A DNA stretch of 64,000 nt, from the NCBI GenBank assembly GCA_965209155.1, contig OZ242383.1:2656001-2720000 (forward strand). Reading direction: 5' to 3'. Positions 30,371 through 40,064 of this stretch are shown here, in pieces. How positions within the stretch are numbered: the stretch's first letter is position 1; each line of letters starts with the position of its first letter. Below the pieces are notes generated by a model. The model made no database searches. It saw only the letters and a list, made by a program, of their open reading frames with translations, and was not told where the DNA came from. The translations under genes were made by a program, and so were the position numbers. Origin of the DNA: a bacterium (lineage in GTDB: Bacteria > SAR324 > NAC60-12).

Positions 30371-32110
30371 CTCTTGTTGCTCACCCTCATCATGGGGATG
30401 GCAGTTTTCTTGGGCAGCCCGGCTGCCGCCCAAAAGTACGTGACGGACCCCGCGACCGGCGAGACGTGGACCAAGCCTGAGTATGGCGGGACACTCACGC
30501 AGGCCGTTACGGTCTTTCCTCCGAGTACTGACAATTGGTGGAATCTTGGCTGGGCGCCTCACTTGATCGGTGGCGTTGTTGAGAAGCTAGCCTTCGTCGA
30601 CTGGGGACTATCCAGGGATATATGGGACGGTAGAGATGACAGCATTCTGACCCCAGAGATGACTAGAGGGGCTCTGGCTGAAAGCTGGTCAATGCCCGAC
30701 GACACAACGTTCATCTGGAACATCCGCCAGGGCGTTCACTGGCATGACAAGGCGCCGATGAACGGTAGGGAGTTCGATGCCTCTGACGTCGAATGGAACT
30801 ATCACCGCTATTTGGGTCTGGGCGATTTCACCGAAGACGGACCTAACGCCGCTGTGCGTGGTATCGCCTGGGGTATAGAGATCGAATCGGTAACGGCCAC
30901 CGACAAATGGACGGTTGTTATTAAGCTGAAGCCTAAACTCGATGTGCTGGGGAAAATGCTCAATAACTACTTTTTTGTGCACGCCCCCGAGCAAATCGAG
31001 AAATACGGCGACGCTAAGGATTGGAGGAACCTGGTCGGCACCGGGCCCTGGAGACTGACAGACTTCGTGGAGGGCAGCTCTGCAACCTGGGAGAAGAATC
31101 CTAACTACTGGGGCTATGACGAAAAATTCCCGCAAAACCGCCTGCCCTATATTGACGAGTTAAAGTCTCTCCTGATCCCAGATATGGCAGCACGTCTGGC
31201 GGGACTGCGCACGGGTAAGATTGATATGATGAGTAACGTCGGCGACGCTTATATACAATCTATCGACGATGCAGAGTCCATCCAGCAGACTAACCCTGAA
31301 ATTGATGTGTGGCCCATTTATGGCCCCCCAGCCGGCAATGCCTATTTTAACCAGTCTCTGCCGCCCACTGACGACGTCAATGTGCGCAAGGCACTGCAGA
31401 TGGCAGTGGACCGCGAGACAATTAACAAAACCTACTTTAAGGGTTATGGAGATCCAACACCTTATGGGTTAGTTGGGCAATTCACGCCAGAGTATTCCTG
31501 GCCATATAAAGACTGGCCCGACGAGGTCAAGCATGAGTATGAGTATCACCCGGAAGAGGCAGAAGCGTTGCTTGATGCGGCCGGGTATCCGCGCAGCGCC
31601 GACGGCGTTAGATTCAAGGTCAAGCTAGGCTGGTTCGACAGGTACGAGACGACCTATCCAGAAGTCGTCATGGGGTACTTCGAAGCCATTGGCGTTGAAA
31701 GCGAGCTGGATGTGTTGAATATAGCTGAGGCGGGAGCTGCCACCAAGGAGGAGACGCACGAGTTTCACTTATTTGCTGGGATGTATGGGGGCTTCGGCGG
31801 CCCCGGCTTTCTGCAAAACATAGGCCGCCGGGACGAAAGCAAAGCGAAGGACCCGAGAATGGACGCCCTGTATAATGCCGTCCTAGAAACTCTCGACATT
31901 GAGGAGGCTAAGAGTATTTCGAGACAGGCTGATGAGATCTTTGTAAGGAACCACTGGGGCTTAAACAAATCCAACGTCCCTAGGTTTTTCGTGAGCCAGC
32001 CGTGGGTCCAGGGTTATTTCGGTGAAGGAGGTATGGGATTGGGTGAACGTAATACTTTCCAAGCCCGCCTCTGGATTGATAGTGAGCTGAAGGAAGCCAG
32101 GGGGAATTAG
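30290..32110 (+). CDS. ABC transporter substrate-binding protein, family 5; paralog of 27752-29557 (alternative start 30161)
   Basis: Same motifs; extensive DNA identity with the upstream SBP. Confidence 0.9.
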   Translation: MISIMKQCFVPLVGLNPTDFRSAAKMQLLLLTLIMGMAVFLGSPAAAQKYVTDPATGETWTKPEYGGTLTQAVTVFPPSTDNWWNLGWAPHLIGGVVEKLAFVDWGLSRDIWDGRDDSILTPEMTRGALAESWSMPDDTTFIWNIRQGVHWHDKAPMNGREFDASDVEWNYHRYLGLGDFTEDGPNAAVRGIAWGIEIESVTATDKWTVVIKLKPKLDVLGKMLNNYFFVHAPEQIEKYGDAKDWRNLVGTGPWRLTDFVEGSSATWEKNPNYWGYDEKFPQNRLPYIDELKSLLIPDMAARLAGLRTGKIDMMSNVGDAYIQSIDDAESIQQTNPEIDVWPIYGPPAGNAYFNQSLPPTDDVNVRKALQMAVDRETINKTYFKGYGDPTPYGLVGQFTPEYSWPYKDWPDEVKHEYEYHPEEAEALLDAAGYPRSADGVRFKVKLGWFDRYETTYPEVVMGYFEAIGVESELDVLNIAEAGAATKEETHEFHLFAGMYGGFGGPGFLQNIGRRDESKAKDPRMDALYNAVLETLDIEEAKSISRQADEIFVRNHWGLNKSNVPRFFVSQPWVQGYFGEGGMGLGERNTFQARLWIDSELKEARGN

Positions 32111-32277
32111 TGCTGATAGAACAGTCCCCCTTTGAAAAAGGGCCGTCCGCGTGATCCGCATTCGGGAAGCGGGGATTTTACAAGCTTAGTCCAATGAAAT
32201 CCCCGCTTCCGCGTACGGCCCTGGCCCGCTTCCGCGTACGGCCCCTTTGCCAAAGGGGGGGAAAGAAGAAGGATTCT

Positions 32278-33279
32278 ATGAAAACCTATCTCATCAGGCG
32301 ATTATTGCTGATTATCCCCACCTTGTGGATATTGACCATCATCGTCTTTCTCGCGGTGCGCTTCATCCCCGGCGATATAGTAGATATGATGGTGGTTGAG
32401 ATGGAATCGTGGCAGAATGTCAAGATCGACCGCGAATCGCTTGAGCGTATGCTGGGACTGGACGTTCCGGTGCACGTACAGTACGGACGCTGGATAGGAG
32501 TGTTGCCGACTCCTGGCTGGCCTACCGGTGAGTCCCAGGTTAAAGGTCTCCTGCAAGGCACCTTTGGTGAATCCCTTCATGGCGGTTGGTCGATAGAGGA
32601 GAGGCTCATCGGGAGATTGCCAGTCACCCTCGAGCTTGGGGCCATGGCCATCGTCATCAGTCTCGTAATCTCCCTGCCCGTCGGTATCTACTCGGCGATT
32701 CGCCAGGATACCGCCACCGACTACGCAGGGCGCACCGTCGCCGTCATCGGCCTGGCAGCACCGAATTTCTGGCTGGCCGTGATGGTCATGCTCTACCCGT
32801 CCCTCTGGTGGGGCTGGTCGCCATCGCTGGAGCTGATCACATTCCAGGAAGACCCCCTGGGGAATCTCGGCATGTTCCTCATTCCGGCAGTAATTTTGGG
32901 GACGGGCATGGCGGCCGCCACCATGCGGATGATGCGCACCATGATGCTCGAGGTGCTCCGGCAGGACTACATCCGCACGGCCTGGGCCAAGGGTCTCAGG
33001 GAGCGGGTGATTATTATCGGACATGCCATCAAGAATGCATTCATCCCGGTAGTGACGCTCATCGGCCTGCAGCTCCCCCTCCTGATTGGGGGCGCCGTGA
33101 TCATGGAAGAAATATTTGCGCTACCGGGGATAGGTCGTATGTTTGTGGATGCCCTCGATCACAGAAACTACCCGGTAATTTCTGCAATCAACCTGGTTTT
33201 TGCTATCGCGGTTTTGGGGATCAATCTCTTCATCGACGCGCTTTATGCTTTCCTGGACCCCAGGGTTCGGTATAAATGA
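32278..33279 (+). CDS. Peptide/nickel ABC permease (DppB-like)
   Basis: YLIRRLL, RLPVTLEL, QDYIRTAWAKGL, LDPRVRY. Confidence 0.92.
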   Translation: MKTYLIRRLLLIIPTLWILTIIVFLAVRFIPGDIVDMMVVEMESWQNVKIDRESLERMLGLDVPVHVQYGRWIGVLPTPGWPTGESQVKGLLQGTFGESLHGGWSIEERLIGRLPVTLELGAMAIVISLVISLPVGIYSAIRQDTATDYAGRTVAVIGLAAPNFWLAVMVMLYPSLWWGWSPSLELITFQEDPLGNLGMFLIPAVILGTGMAAATMRMMRTMMLEVLRQDYIRTAWAKGLRERVIIIGHAIKNAFIPVVTLIGLQLPLLIGGAVIMEEIFALPGIGRMFVDALDHRNYPVISAINLVFAIAVLGINLFIDALYAFLDPRVRYK

Positions 33280-33686
33280 TTAGTGTTTTCAGTTTTCAGC
33301 TATCAGTTTTCAGCCTTGCTAATTTTATGCAGGAATTTCGAAATTTAAAAGTGTGGCAAAAATCTCATCAATTGACCCTTAAAGTTTATCAATTAACCCA
33401 ATTGTTTCCAGTGGAGGAACGCTATGGCTTAACAAGTCAGATTCGACGAGCTTCTATTTCTATACCCACAAACATTGCTGAAGGATGTGGACGTGAAGGA
33501 AGTAAGGAATTATCTCGATTCTTGCAAATTGCTCTAGGTTCAGCGATGGAAGTTGAATATTTGATACTTTTTTGTAGGGATATAAAACTTTGCTCCGCGG
33601 AAATTTATGATTCATTGCAACAAGAGGTTTCGGAAATCAAGAAAATGTTAACTTCATTCATCAAGAAACTGAAAACAGAGAGCTGA
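33276..33686 (+). CDS. Four helix bundle protein (23S rRNA IVS protein-like family); alternative start 33327
   Basis: FRNLKVWQKSHQL..YQLT..FPVEERYGLTSQIRRASISIPTNIAEGCGR..RFLQIALGS..E family signature. Confidence 0.92.
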   Translation: MISVFSFQLSVFSLANFMQEFRNLKVWQKSHQLTLKVYQLTQLFPVEERYGLTSQIRRASISIPTNIAEGCGREGSKELSRFLQIALGSAMEVEYLILFCRDIKLCSAEIYDSLQQEVSEIKKMLTSFIKKLKTES

Positions 33687-33717
33687 TAACTGAAAACTTC
33701 AATAAAGTACGGTATAA

Positions 33718-33916
33718 ATGATTAGTGTTTTCAGTTTTCAGCCTTTCTAATTTTATGCAGGATTTTCGAAATTTAAAAGTGAGGCAAAAGTCCATTTTTC
33801 TCCGCGGAAATTTATGATTCATTGCAACAAGAGGTTTCGGAAATCAAGAAAATGTTAACTTCATTCATCAAGAAACTGAAAACAGAGAGCTGATAACTGA
33901 AAACTTCAATAAAGTG
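33718..33916 (+). pseudogene. Internally deleted copy of the four-helix-bundle gene
   Basis: 5' and 3' parts match 33276-33364 and ~33593-33709; the middle is missing; premature stops. Confidence 0.9.
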
Positions 33917-33943
33917 CGGTATAAATAGGTGGAAATCAAAAAC

Positions 33944-34909
33944 ATGAGCGACACCAAAGATTTTCAACCCACAATCATTGAGCCCAAGCGACGGGGCCGG
34001 TTTGCTGATTTCTTTATCAGGCTGCTCAAGGAGAAGCCGTTGGGGACCTTCTGCGGGGTGATCGTCTTGATCTTTATGGTGGTGGCGATCTTTTCCGATG
34101 AGTTGGCCCCTTATCCCTATAAGAAAATGCACATGGCCGATCGGCTGACGGGTCCCTCCGCTCAGTATCTGCTGGGGACCGACCACACAGGGCGTGACTT
34201 GATGAGCCGCCTGATCGTCGGGGCTCGGATTTCCTTAGCCGTCGGTCTGGCTGCCACGGCGGTCAATGTGCTCGTTGCGCTCCTCATTGGCGGCATTTCG
34301 GGATTTATTGGAGGGAAATGGGACCTGGCGGTGCAGCGCTTTGTCGATGCCTGGATGGCCTTTCCGGGGCTGCTGCTCTTGCTGACCATCATGTCCATCG
34401 TGGGGCAGGGGTTATTCCAGCTGATCCTGGTGCTGGGGATCACCGGAGGCATCAGCGGCTCCCGAGTGATCCGAAGCGCCGTGATCGCTATCAAAGAGAA
34501 TGACTATTTTCTGGCCGCCCAAGCCGTGGGCACTCCCACGTACCAAATCCTGAGCCGCCATGTGCTGCCCAATATTATGGCGCCCCTCATCATCGTCTTC
34601 TCCATTAACATCGGCGGGGTCATCATTGCCGAAGCCTCGCTGAGCTTCCTCGGATTCGGACTGCCCACCCAGATTCCCAGCTGGGGCGGGATGCTCAGCC
34701 GGGAAGGTCGCAAATTCATGGAGCAGGCCCCCTGGCTGGCGCTCTGGCCGGGGATTTGCCTGACAATTGTCGTCTATTCCTTCAACATGTTCGGTGATGC
34801 CATGCGGGACCTGCTCGATCCCAGACTGCGGGGCGGTGAGGGCAGTTACGGCACCGCAGTAGTAAAACGCAAACGTGGATTCCTCTCCAGACTGATCCAT
34901 CCTTTCTAG
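33944..34909 (+). CDS. Peptide/nickel ABC permease (DppC-like)
   Basis: LLGTDHTGRD, GARISL, RHVLPN, PSWGGML, GDAMRDLLDPR. Confidence 0.92.
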   Translation: MSDTKDFQPTIIEPKRRGRFADFFIRLLKEKPLGTFCGVIVLIFMVVAIFSDELAPYPYKKMHMADRLTGPSAQYLLGTDHTGRDLMSRLIVGARISLAVGLAATAVNVLVALLIGGISGFIGGKWDLAVQRFVDAWMAFPGLLLLLTIMSIVGQGLFQLILVLGITGGISGSRVIRSAVIAIKENDYFLAAQAVGTPTYQILSRHVLPNIMAPLIIVFSINIGGVIIAEASLSFLGFGLPTQIPSWGGMLSREGRKFMEQAPWLALWPGICLTIVVYSFNMFGDAMRDLLDPRLRGGEGSYGTAVVKRKRGFLSRLIHPF

Positions 34910-34991
34910 TGGTAATCACTCGAATGAACCCCGTCCTTTTTTCCTTCCTGAAAATCGCTGTTTATTCTACTTCGTCAAGTAAGGACGATGA

Positions 34992-35930
34992 CTACACTTG
35001 CTTTTTTTTCCTTTTCATTATGTGAAAGCGGCCCATGCCGAGTTTGAGCTTGGGGTCGAGCAAGTCGCGCATGGCATCGCCGAACATGTTGATGCCGAAG
35101 ACGACAATGGCCAGGCAGAGGCCCGGCCAGAGGGCGAGCACCGGAGCCCGTTCCATATACCTTTGACCTTCCAGGCTGAGCATGCCGCCCCAACTGGGTT
35201 CAGGGGGCGGGATACCAAATCCCAAAAAGCTCACGACACCTTCCCCGAGGATAGCGCCTCCCATGGTAATGGTAAAGAGAATGATCACAGGAGCCACGAT
35301 CTGGGGCAGGATGTGTTGGATAAGGATTCTCGGGGTGCTGCATCCCAAGGCGATGGCTGCTTCGACATAGGCGTTCTGTTTGACGCTCAAGACCACGCTG
35401 CGGATTGTGCGGATGTTATTGATGCCCCAGGGAACCCCCAAAACAATGGTGACCTGCACGATTCCCGGCCCGACAATCCCCATCACGGTGAGGACGATGA
35501 ACAACCACGGGAAGCACATCACCGCATCGACAAATCGCTGCAGGATGAGATCAAACTTGCCGCCCCAATACCCGGAGATGAGTCCAAAGACCGTGGCCAC
35601 CAGCACGGTGAGGAAACTGGCTCCCAACCCGACGACCATGGAAATGCGCGCTCCCACTATCAAACGGCTGAGCACGTCGCGCCCGAAATGGTCGTTTCCC
35701 AAGAGATATTCGGCGGAAGGCCCCTTCAACCGTTTGGGCAGCTTATGCAGCAGGTAATCATGCGGAGTGAGAAAATCTGCGGAGATGCCGACGAAGAAGA
35801 AAAGCACGACAATGACCAGGCCAAAAGCCCCCAGCGGCTTCTCTCGAAACAACCTGCGGAAGAAAAGGAGCCATGCCGTATTCTTAACAGATTGCGTTTC
35901 AGGTGCTGGCGTCTTCACTGCAACAGCCAT
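34992..35930 (-). CDS. Peptide/nickel ABC permease (DppC-like)
   Basis: LLGNDHFGRD, YVEAAIALG, PSWGGML, GDAMRDLLDPK. Confidence 0.92.
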   Translation of the reverse strand: MAVAVKTPAPETQSVKNTAWLLFFRRLFREKPLGAFGLVIVVLFFFVGISADFLTPHDYLLHKLPKRLKGPSAEYLLGNDHFGRDVLSRLIVGARISMVVGLGASFLTVLVATVFGLISGYWGGKFDLILQRFVDAVMCFPWLFIVLTVMGIVGPGIVQVTIVLGVPWGINNIRTIRSVVLSVKQNAYVEAAIALGCSTPRILIQHILPQIVAPVIILFTITMGGAILGEGVVSFLGFGIPPPEPSWGGMLSLEGQRYMERAPVLALWPGLCLAIVVFGINMFGDAMRDLLDPKLKLGMGRFHIMKRKKKQV

Positions 35931-35950
35931 CGTACTCCTCTGCTCTGGTT

Positions 35951-36913
35951 TCAGGTGTACTTGATGCGGGGATCAAACCAGGCGTAGCTGATATCGATGA
36001 GGATATTCAATAACAGCACAAAGGTGGCCACGACCATGTTGACTCCGGAGATGACCGGGTAATCCCGGTGTTCGATGGATCGCACCAACATATTTCCCAG
36101 ACCCGGCAAGCTGAAAATAGTCTCGACTACCACGGCGGACCCCAGCATAACCGGGAGCAGGAGCCCGATCATGGTAATCACCGGGATGAAGGCATTCTTC
36201 AACACGTGCCGGATGATGACCCATCTCTCCCGCAAGCCCTTGGACCAGGCAGTCCGGATATAGTCCTGACTGAGCACCTCCAGCATCATATTGCGGGCAA
36301 ATCGCATGGTGATGCCCGACAACAACATCCCCAAGATAAAGGCGGGTACGATGACCATGATGAGGTGTTCCACCGGCTTGTCGGCGAAATCAACCCACGT
36401 CATACGGGTCCCCCAACCCCATAAGAGAGGAGGAAAAATCAAGACCACCGTTCCCACCCAGAAATCGGGTATGCAGATAAAGAAAATGGAGAGACTGCGA
36501 AAACCCAGATCCGTCTTGCTGTCCGGACGCATACCCGAATAGATAGCCACCGGTAAAGCGATCAGGAGGGAAATAACCAGGGCAAAACCACCCAATTCAA
36601 GCGATACCGGCAAACCGATGGCGATTAAATCGGTCACGGGTTGCTTGGACCAGAGGGAAACGCCGAGGTCCCCCCGCAATAACCCTGCCATCCACTTCAG
36701 ATACTGCTCGTGAACGGGTAAATCCAGTCCCAGTTGCCGCCTCAATGCCGTTTTGATATCCTCTTTACCACTCCGGGTTCCCCCCAAATTCTGACTGACG
36801 ATGATGTCGACTGCATCACCAGGAATAAAGCGCAGTACAAAGAAGACGATGAGGGTCACGATCCAAAGGGTTGGAATGGTCAGTAACAGCCTTCTGATGA
36901 TATATGTTTGCAT
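35951..36913 (-). CDS. Peptide/nickel ABC permease (DppB-like)
   Basis: MQTYIIRRLL, GDLGVSL, QDYIRTAWSKGL, DPRIKY. Confidence 0.92.
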   Translation of the reverse strand: MQTYIIRRLLLTIPTLWIVTLIVFFVLRFIPGDAVDIIVSQNLGGTRSGKEDIKTALRRQLGLDLPVHEQYLKWMAGLLRGDLGVSLWSKQPVTDLIAIGLPVSLELGGFALVISLLIALPVAIYSGMRPDSKTDLGFRSLSIFFICIPDFWVGTVVLIFPPLLWGWGTRMTWVDFADKPVEHLIMVIVPAFILGMLLSGITMRFARNMMLEVLSQDYIRTAWSKGLRERWVIIRHVLKNAFIPVITMIGLLLPVMLGSAVVVETIFSLPGLGNMLVRSIEHRDYPVISGVNMVVATFVLLLNILIDISYAWFDPRIKYT

Positions 36914-36999
36914 TTCTGATTCTTCCGGCAACTACTTTGGTGGGGATTGTGGAGGAGATTTTATAAATATTTATTCCCGCTTGCGCGAAGGTGACGAGT

Positions 37000-37019
37000 G
37001 GCGGGGCCGAAGCCCCGCC
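37000..37019 (-). other. GC-rich hairpin with a UUCG loop between the SBP and permease genes
   Basis: Minus strand GGCGGGGC-TTCG-GCCCCGCC. Confidence 0.6.
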
Positions 37020-37062
37020 CGAGTTCATCGCATTTTAAAGCGCCTGGAACTAAATTGTTGCT

Positions 37063-38859
37063 TTACTCATCACAAGCCCGGTTACTGCTGCTCTCTTTCA
37101 GCTCACAGTCCAGCCAAAAGTACTTGGCGAGGTTATACTGCCAGATCAGGTCTCCATTGGCCCCATCGTAACCTTTGACCCAGGGCTGCCACCAGATATG
37201 TTGCTCAACGGTAACCCCTGTGATATGCCATGAGGTTTCAATCACGTAGAGGTAGAGCTCCGTATACAGTTTTTCATACTCAGCCGGATCTTCCGTGACC
37301 TTGAGCCTTTCCCACATTTCCGCAAGATTCTGCGCTTCTTCCCTGGTTTGGGCACTGGCCGTTTCGGCATAGGGGTTGCCGAACCAGACCAGGGTCGCAT
37401 TCGGGTCATGGTGGAAATTCATGGTCCCCTCCATGCCAATCTGCGGCGCGCCTGCGTCGATGAAGGTCAATCCGGTGAACCGGGGACCGGGTTCAGGACC
37501 CTGCGAGGTATTATACATTTCAGTGGCTTCCATCACGTCGAGGGTAGCCCGGATACCGACAGCATTGAGATAGCTGGCGAAGAGTTCCGCATCTTCCTGG
37601 ATTTGCGGATGCGCCATGATGGTCGTGTCAAAACCATCGGGGTAGCCGGCCTCCGCGAGCAACCGCTTCGACTCCTCGGGGTGGTACTCATACAGCATGG
37701 CCAGGTCTTCGCGTCCCATTGCCCTCAGTTTTTCCGCACCGATCCATTTATCGCCGTGTCCCCGTTGGGCGGGGTAACCTTCCGCATAACCGAGGCCTAA
37801 ATAGACGTTATCGATCATTTCCTGGCGATTGACGGCCATCATAGCCGCATGGCGGACCCGGCGGTCCCCCCAGGGAGTCCCTTCAATGGCGAGATTCGGA
37901 TTATAGCCGCGCAACAAGTCGCCTTGCGGTCGGTGTCCGAGTTCGGGATTGGACTTGGCAAGGGCTTGGGTGTCTTCTGGTTGGAGCCCAAAGAAACCAT
38001 AGATGTCTATCTGGCCAGTACGCAGTCCGGCAATAGCCGTAGCATTGCTGTCGGCAGTGGGAACCAGCGTCAGTTTGTCCATATAGGGCACCTTTCTCCC
38101 GTTGAAGGGATCCGTATCCCAGTAGGTCGGATTCTTCTTCAAGGTGGTACTCACCCCGTTGACGTGATCGATGGGGATCCAGGGACCCGTGCCCAGACCA
38201 TCCTGCCATTTGGCCGGATCGACACCCTCGGTCTGGTGCAATTCCGGCGGGGAAAAACTGACACGGTCCAGGGTCACGAAAAACCACTCGGCCGCATCGG
38301 GTTCCGGATACTCGACGTCTATCAACCAGGGATCGTCTGCCCGCACCGTCCATTTCCAGTCTCGGTCGGAGGCGGCCGAGCCGGGTATCTCCGCTTCCAG
38401 ATTCCAACGGTCGACGATATCCTGCGCGGTCATCTCCCTGCCGTACACCCCTTTCAGATTCGGGTTGGGTTGAAAGACATCCTGCTCGCGCCAGTAGTGA
38501 ACGCCTTGACGCATGCGAAAAGTCACGCCGTTGATTCCATGGATTTCCCAGGATTCGAAGAGCTGACCCATCTGTTTTCTGATATTGATAAACCAGAAGT
38601 TGGGGTAACTCTCCTCACCGGTACCCCTCGGTCCTTTGAACCAATTCACCGTGTATGCCCCGTCATACATGGCACCAAAGGCGGCGTCGCGCCAACCGTC
38701 CGTGGGATTGAAGGAACCGTTCAGCCCAGGTATGCCGGACATGATGATGGCGCCTCCATAAACGGGATCTTTGTTGATATCTCCGGCTTCATGCGCCACA
38801 GCAAGTCCGATCCCCATCAAACCAGCAACAAGAAAACAAATTGATTTTTTCAGATACAT
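37063..38859 (-). CDS. ABC transporter substrate-binding protein, family 5 (divergent)
   Basis: Signal peptide; PVYGG, MRQGVHY, LGTGPW, PYMDKL, LLAEAGYPDGF; AAGGAG RBS. Confidence 0.88.
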   Translation of the reverse strand: MYLKKSICFLVAGLMGIGLAVAHEAGDINKDPVYGGAIIMSGIPGLNGSFNPTDGWRDAAFGAMYDGAYTVNWFKGPRGTGEESYPNFWFINIRKQMGQLFESWEIHGINGVTFRMRQGVHYWREQDVFQPNPNLKGVYGREMTAQDIVDRWNLEAEIPGSAASDRDWKWTVRADDPWLIDVEYPEPDAAEWFFVTLDRVSFSPPELHQTEGVDPAKWQDGLGTGPWIPIDHVNGVSTTLKKNPTYWDTDPFNGRKVPYMDKLTLVPTADSNATAIAGLRTGQIDIYGFFGLQPEDTQALAKSNPELGHRPQGDLLRGYNPNLAIEGTPWGDRRVRHAAMMAVNRQEMIDNVYLGLGYAEGYPAQRGHGDKWIGAEKLRAMGREDLAMLYEYHPEESKRLLAEAGYPDGFDTTIMAHPQIQEDAELFASYLNAVGIRATLDVMEATEMYNTSQGPEPGPRFTGLTFIDAGAPQIGMEGTMNFHHDPNATLVWFGNPYAETASAQTREEAQNLAEMWERLKVTEDPAEYEKLYTELYLYVIETSWHITGVTVEQHIWWQPWVKGYDGANGDLIWQYNLAKYFWLDCELKESSSNRACDE

Positions 38860-39142
38860 GGATTCTCCTTATATTAAAGAATTATAAAAAAGCACTTTCA
38901 ATGCTTTGCAAAATGCATTCAGCTTCCACCTTGGAAGAAGCATTCCGGATTCCATCCCGACTATAAATAATTTGCTTACTGAAAGTCAATCGTTTTAATT
39001 TGGATGATTTTTTTTCTGGATTGATCGCAGATCATGAATTTAATCATCGAATTGGTACATTTCCATTTTATTTGAAAACTCTTGGGAATTTTACGAAGAG
39101 TTCCCCGAGACATTCGCATCCAACACGCAAATAAGGAGATAT

Positions 39143-39295
39143 ATGGAGGAGTTGTTCACGTGGAGCTGGCAGGAAAGGGATATGATTTTCCCGGTTTTGC
39201 TCTTTCTTTTCATTTTTGCGGTTTATCGTCTCTTCCTTTACGAAATGCGAAGGAAGGACAAGCTGAAAAGAGAAGAGGATCGCAAGAAAAGATGA
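39143..39295 (+). CDS. Small single-pass membrane protein (50 aa), below the ORF-track cutoff
   Basis: AAGGAG RBS; MEELFTWSWQERDMIFPVLLFLFIFAVYRLFLYEMRRKDKLKREEDRKKR. Confidence 0.6.
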   Translation: MEELFTWSWQERDMIFPVLLFLFIFAVYRLFLYEMRRKDKLKREEDRKKR

Positions 39296-39308
39296 CGTGG
39301 ATTACGAT

Positions 39309-40064
39309 TCATTCGTCCTTTACGTAATCGATCGTCATGATAACCTTCAGGCTTTTGCCATATTCATCATTGATATTGGATAGCCCTTCTACGATCAGAG
39401 GTTGCCGGGTATGGGCATGGTAAGTAACGAGAATGGGAGCCACTAACAGGCGTAGAAACGCATTTTCCAATTCGATTTGATAAACGACGACATCCTGGTC
39501 ATGCCATCGATCCTCTTTGATTTTTTCAATTTGAAAGGAAAAGTAATCCAACTGGGCCGGGACGATAAATTTAAAAAATTGTTTCTCTCCATGAAAGAGT
39601 TTCTCCCAATTTTTTTGCACGAAAAAATGGAAGCCCATGTCTGCCACGGCCGGCTCGGGAACAACCAATGGCTTTTTAATCAGACGCGCATCCCGGTTCT
39701 TACGCCAGTATACGATGACCGAATCTCCGGAATGGGATATTCCTTCCAGGTAGCCATCACGAAAATCTTCCAGACGGTACTCCGGGATCAAGGGATTTTG
39801 GTGAAACTGGAGGTCTTTTTGCGCGATTATTTTTTTTTGTGGAGATTGATAGATGGCCCGGGCAGAACGGTTTTGCAGGTCATCCGAAGTTTCTTGGAAT
39901 TCTTCGACATAAACCAGGTTTTTGGAAAGTTGATCAAAGGCGTTGCCAATATAATGCGGAATTTCAATGGATTGCGTCCGAGCGAACGACGGTGCCCATA
40001 TGATTAATAAAAATGCGGATACTGCGACCCTAAAAAATAAACTGGATTTCATTATTGGTTTCAT
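39309..40064 (-). CDS. Hypothetical exported protein
   Basis: 251-aa ORF with a signal-peptide-like N-terminus. Confidence 0.7.
   Translation of the reverse strand: MKPIMKSSLFFRVAVSAFLLIIWAPSFARTQSIEIPHYIGNAFDQLSKNLVYVEEFQETSDDLQNRSARAIYQSPQKKIIAQKDLQFHQNPLIPEYRLEDFRDGYLEGISHSGDSVIVYWRKNRDARLIKKPLVVPEPAVADMGFHFFVQKNWEKLFHGEKQFFKFIVPAQLDYFSFQIEKIKEDRWHDQDVVVYQIELENAFLRLLVAPILVTYHAHTRQPLIVEGLSNINDEYGKSLKVIMTIDYVKDE

Larger units (their letters stand above)
33268..33926 (+). mobile_element. Four-helix-bundle gene cassette (442 bp) plus an internally deleted tandem copy (207 bp)
   Basis: CGGTATAAAT direct repeats at 33268, 33710, 33917; 29-bp imperfect IRs at 33285-33313 and 33669-33697 built from 7-nt units. 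Confidence 0.75.

Noticed and set aside
33276..33926. Diversity-generating retroelement (Avd-like gene plus repeat pairs)
   Set aside because: No reverse transcriptase in the window; differences between repeat copies include indels and are not adenine-specific
34998..38844. Long plus-strand ORFs (329 aa, 331 aa)
   Set aside because: Antisense shadows of GC-rich permease and SBP genes with no recognisable motifs
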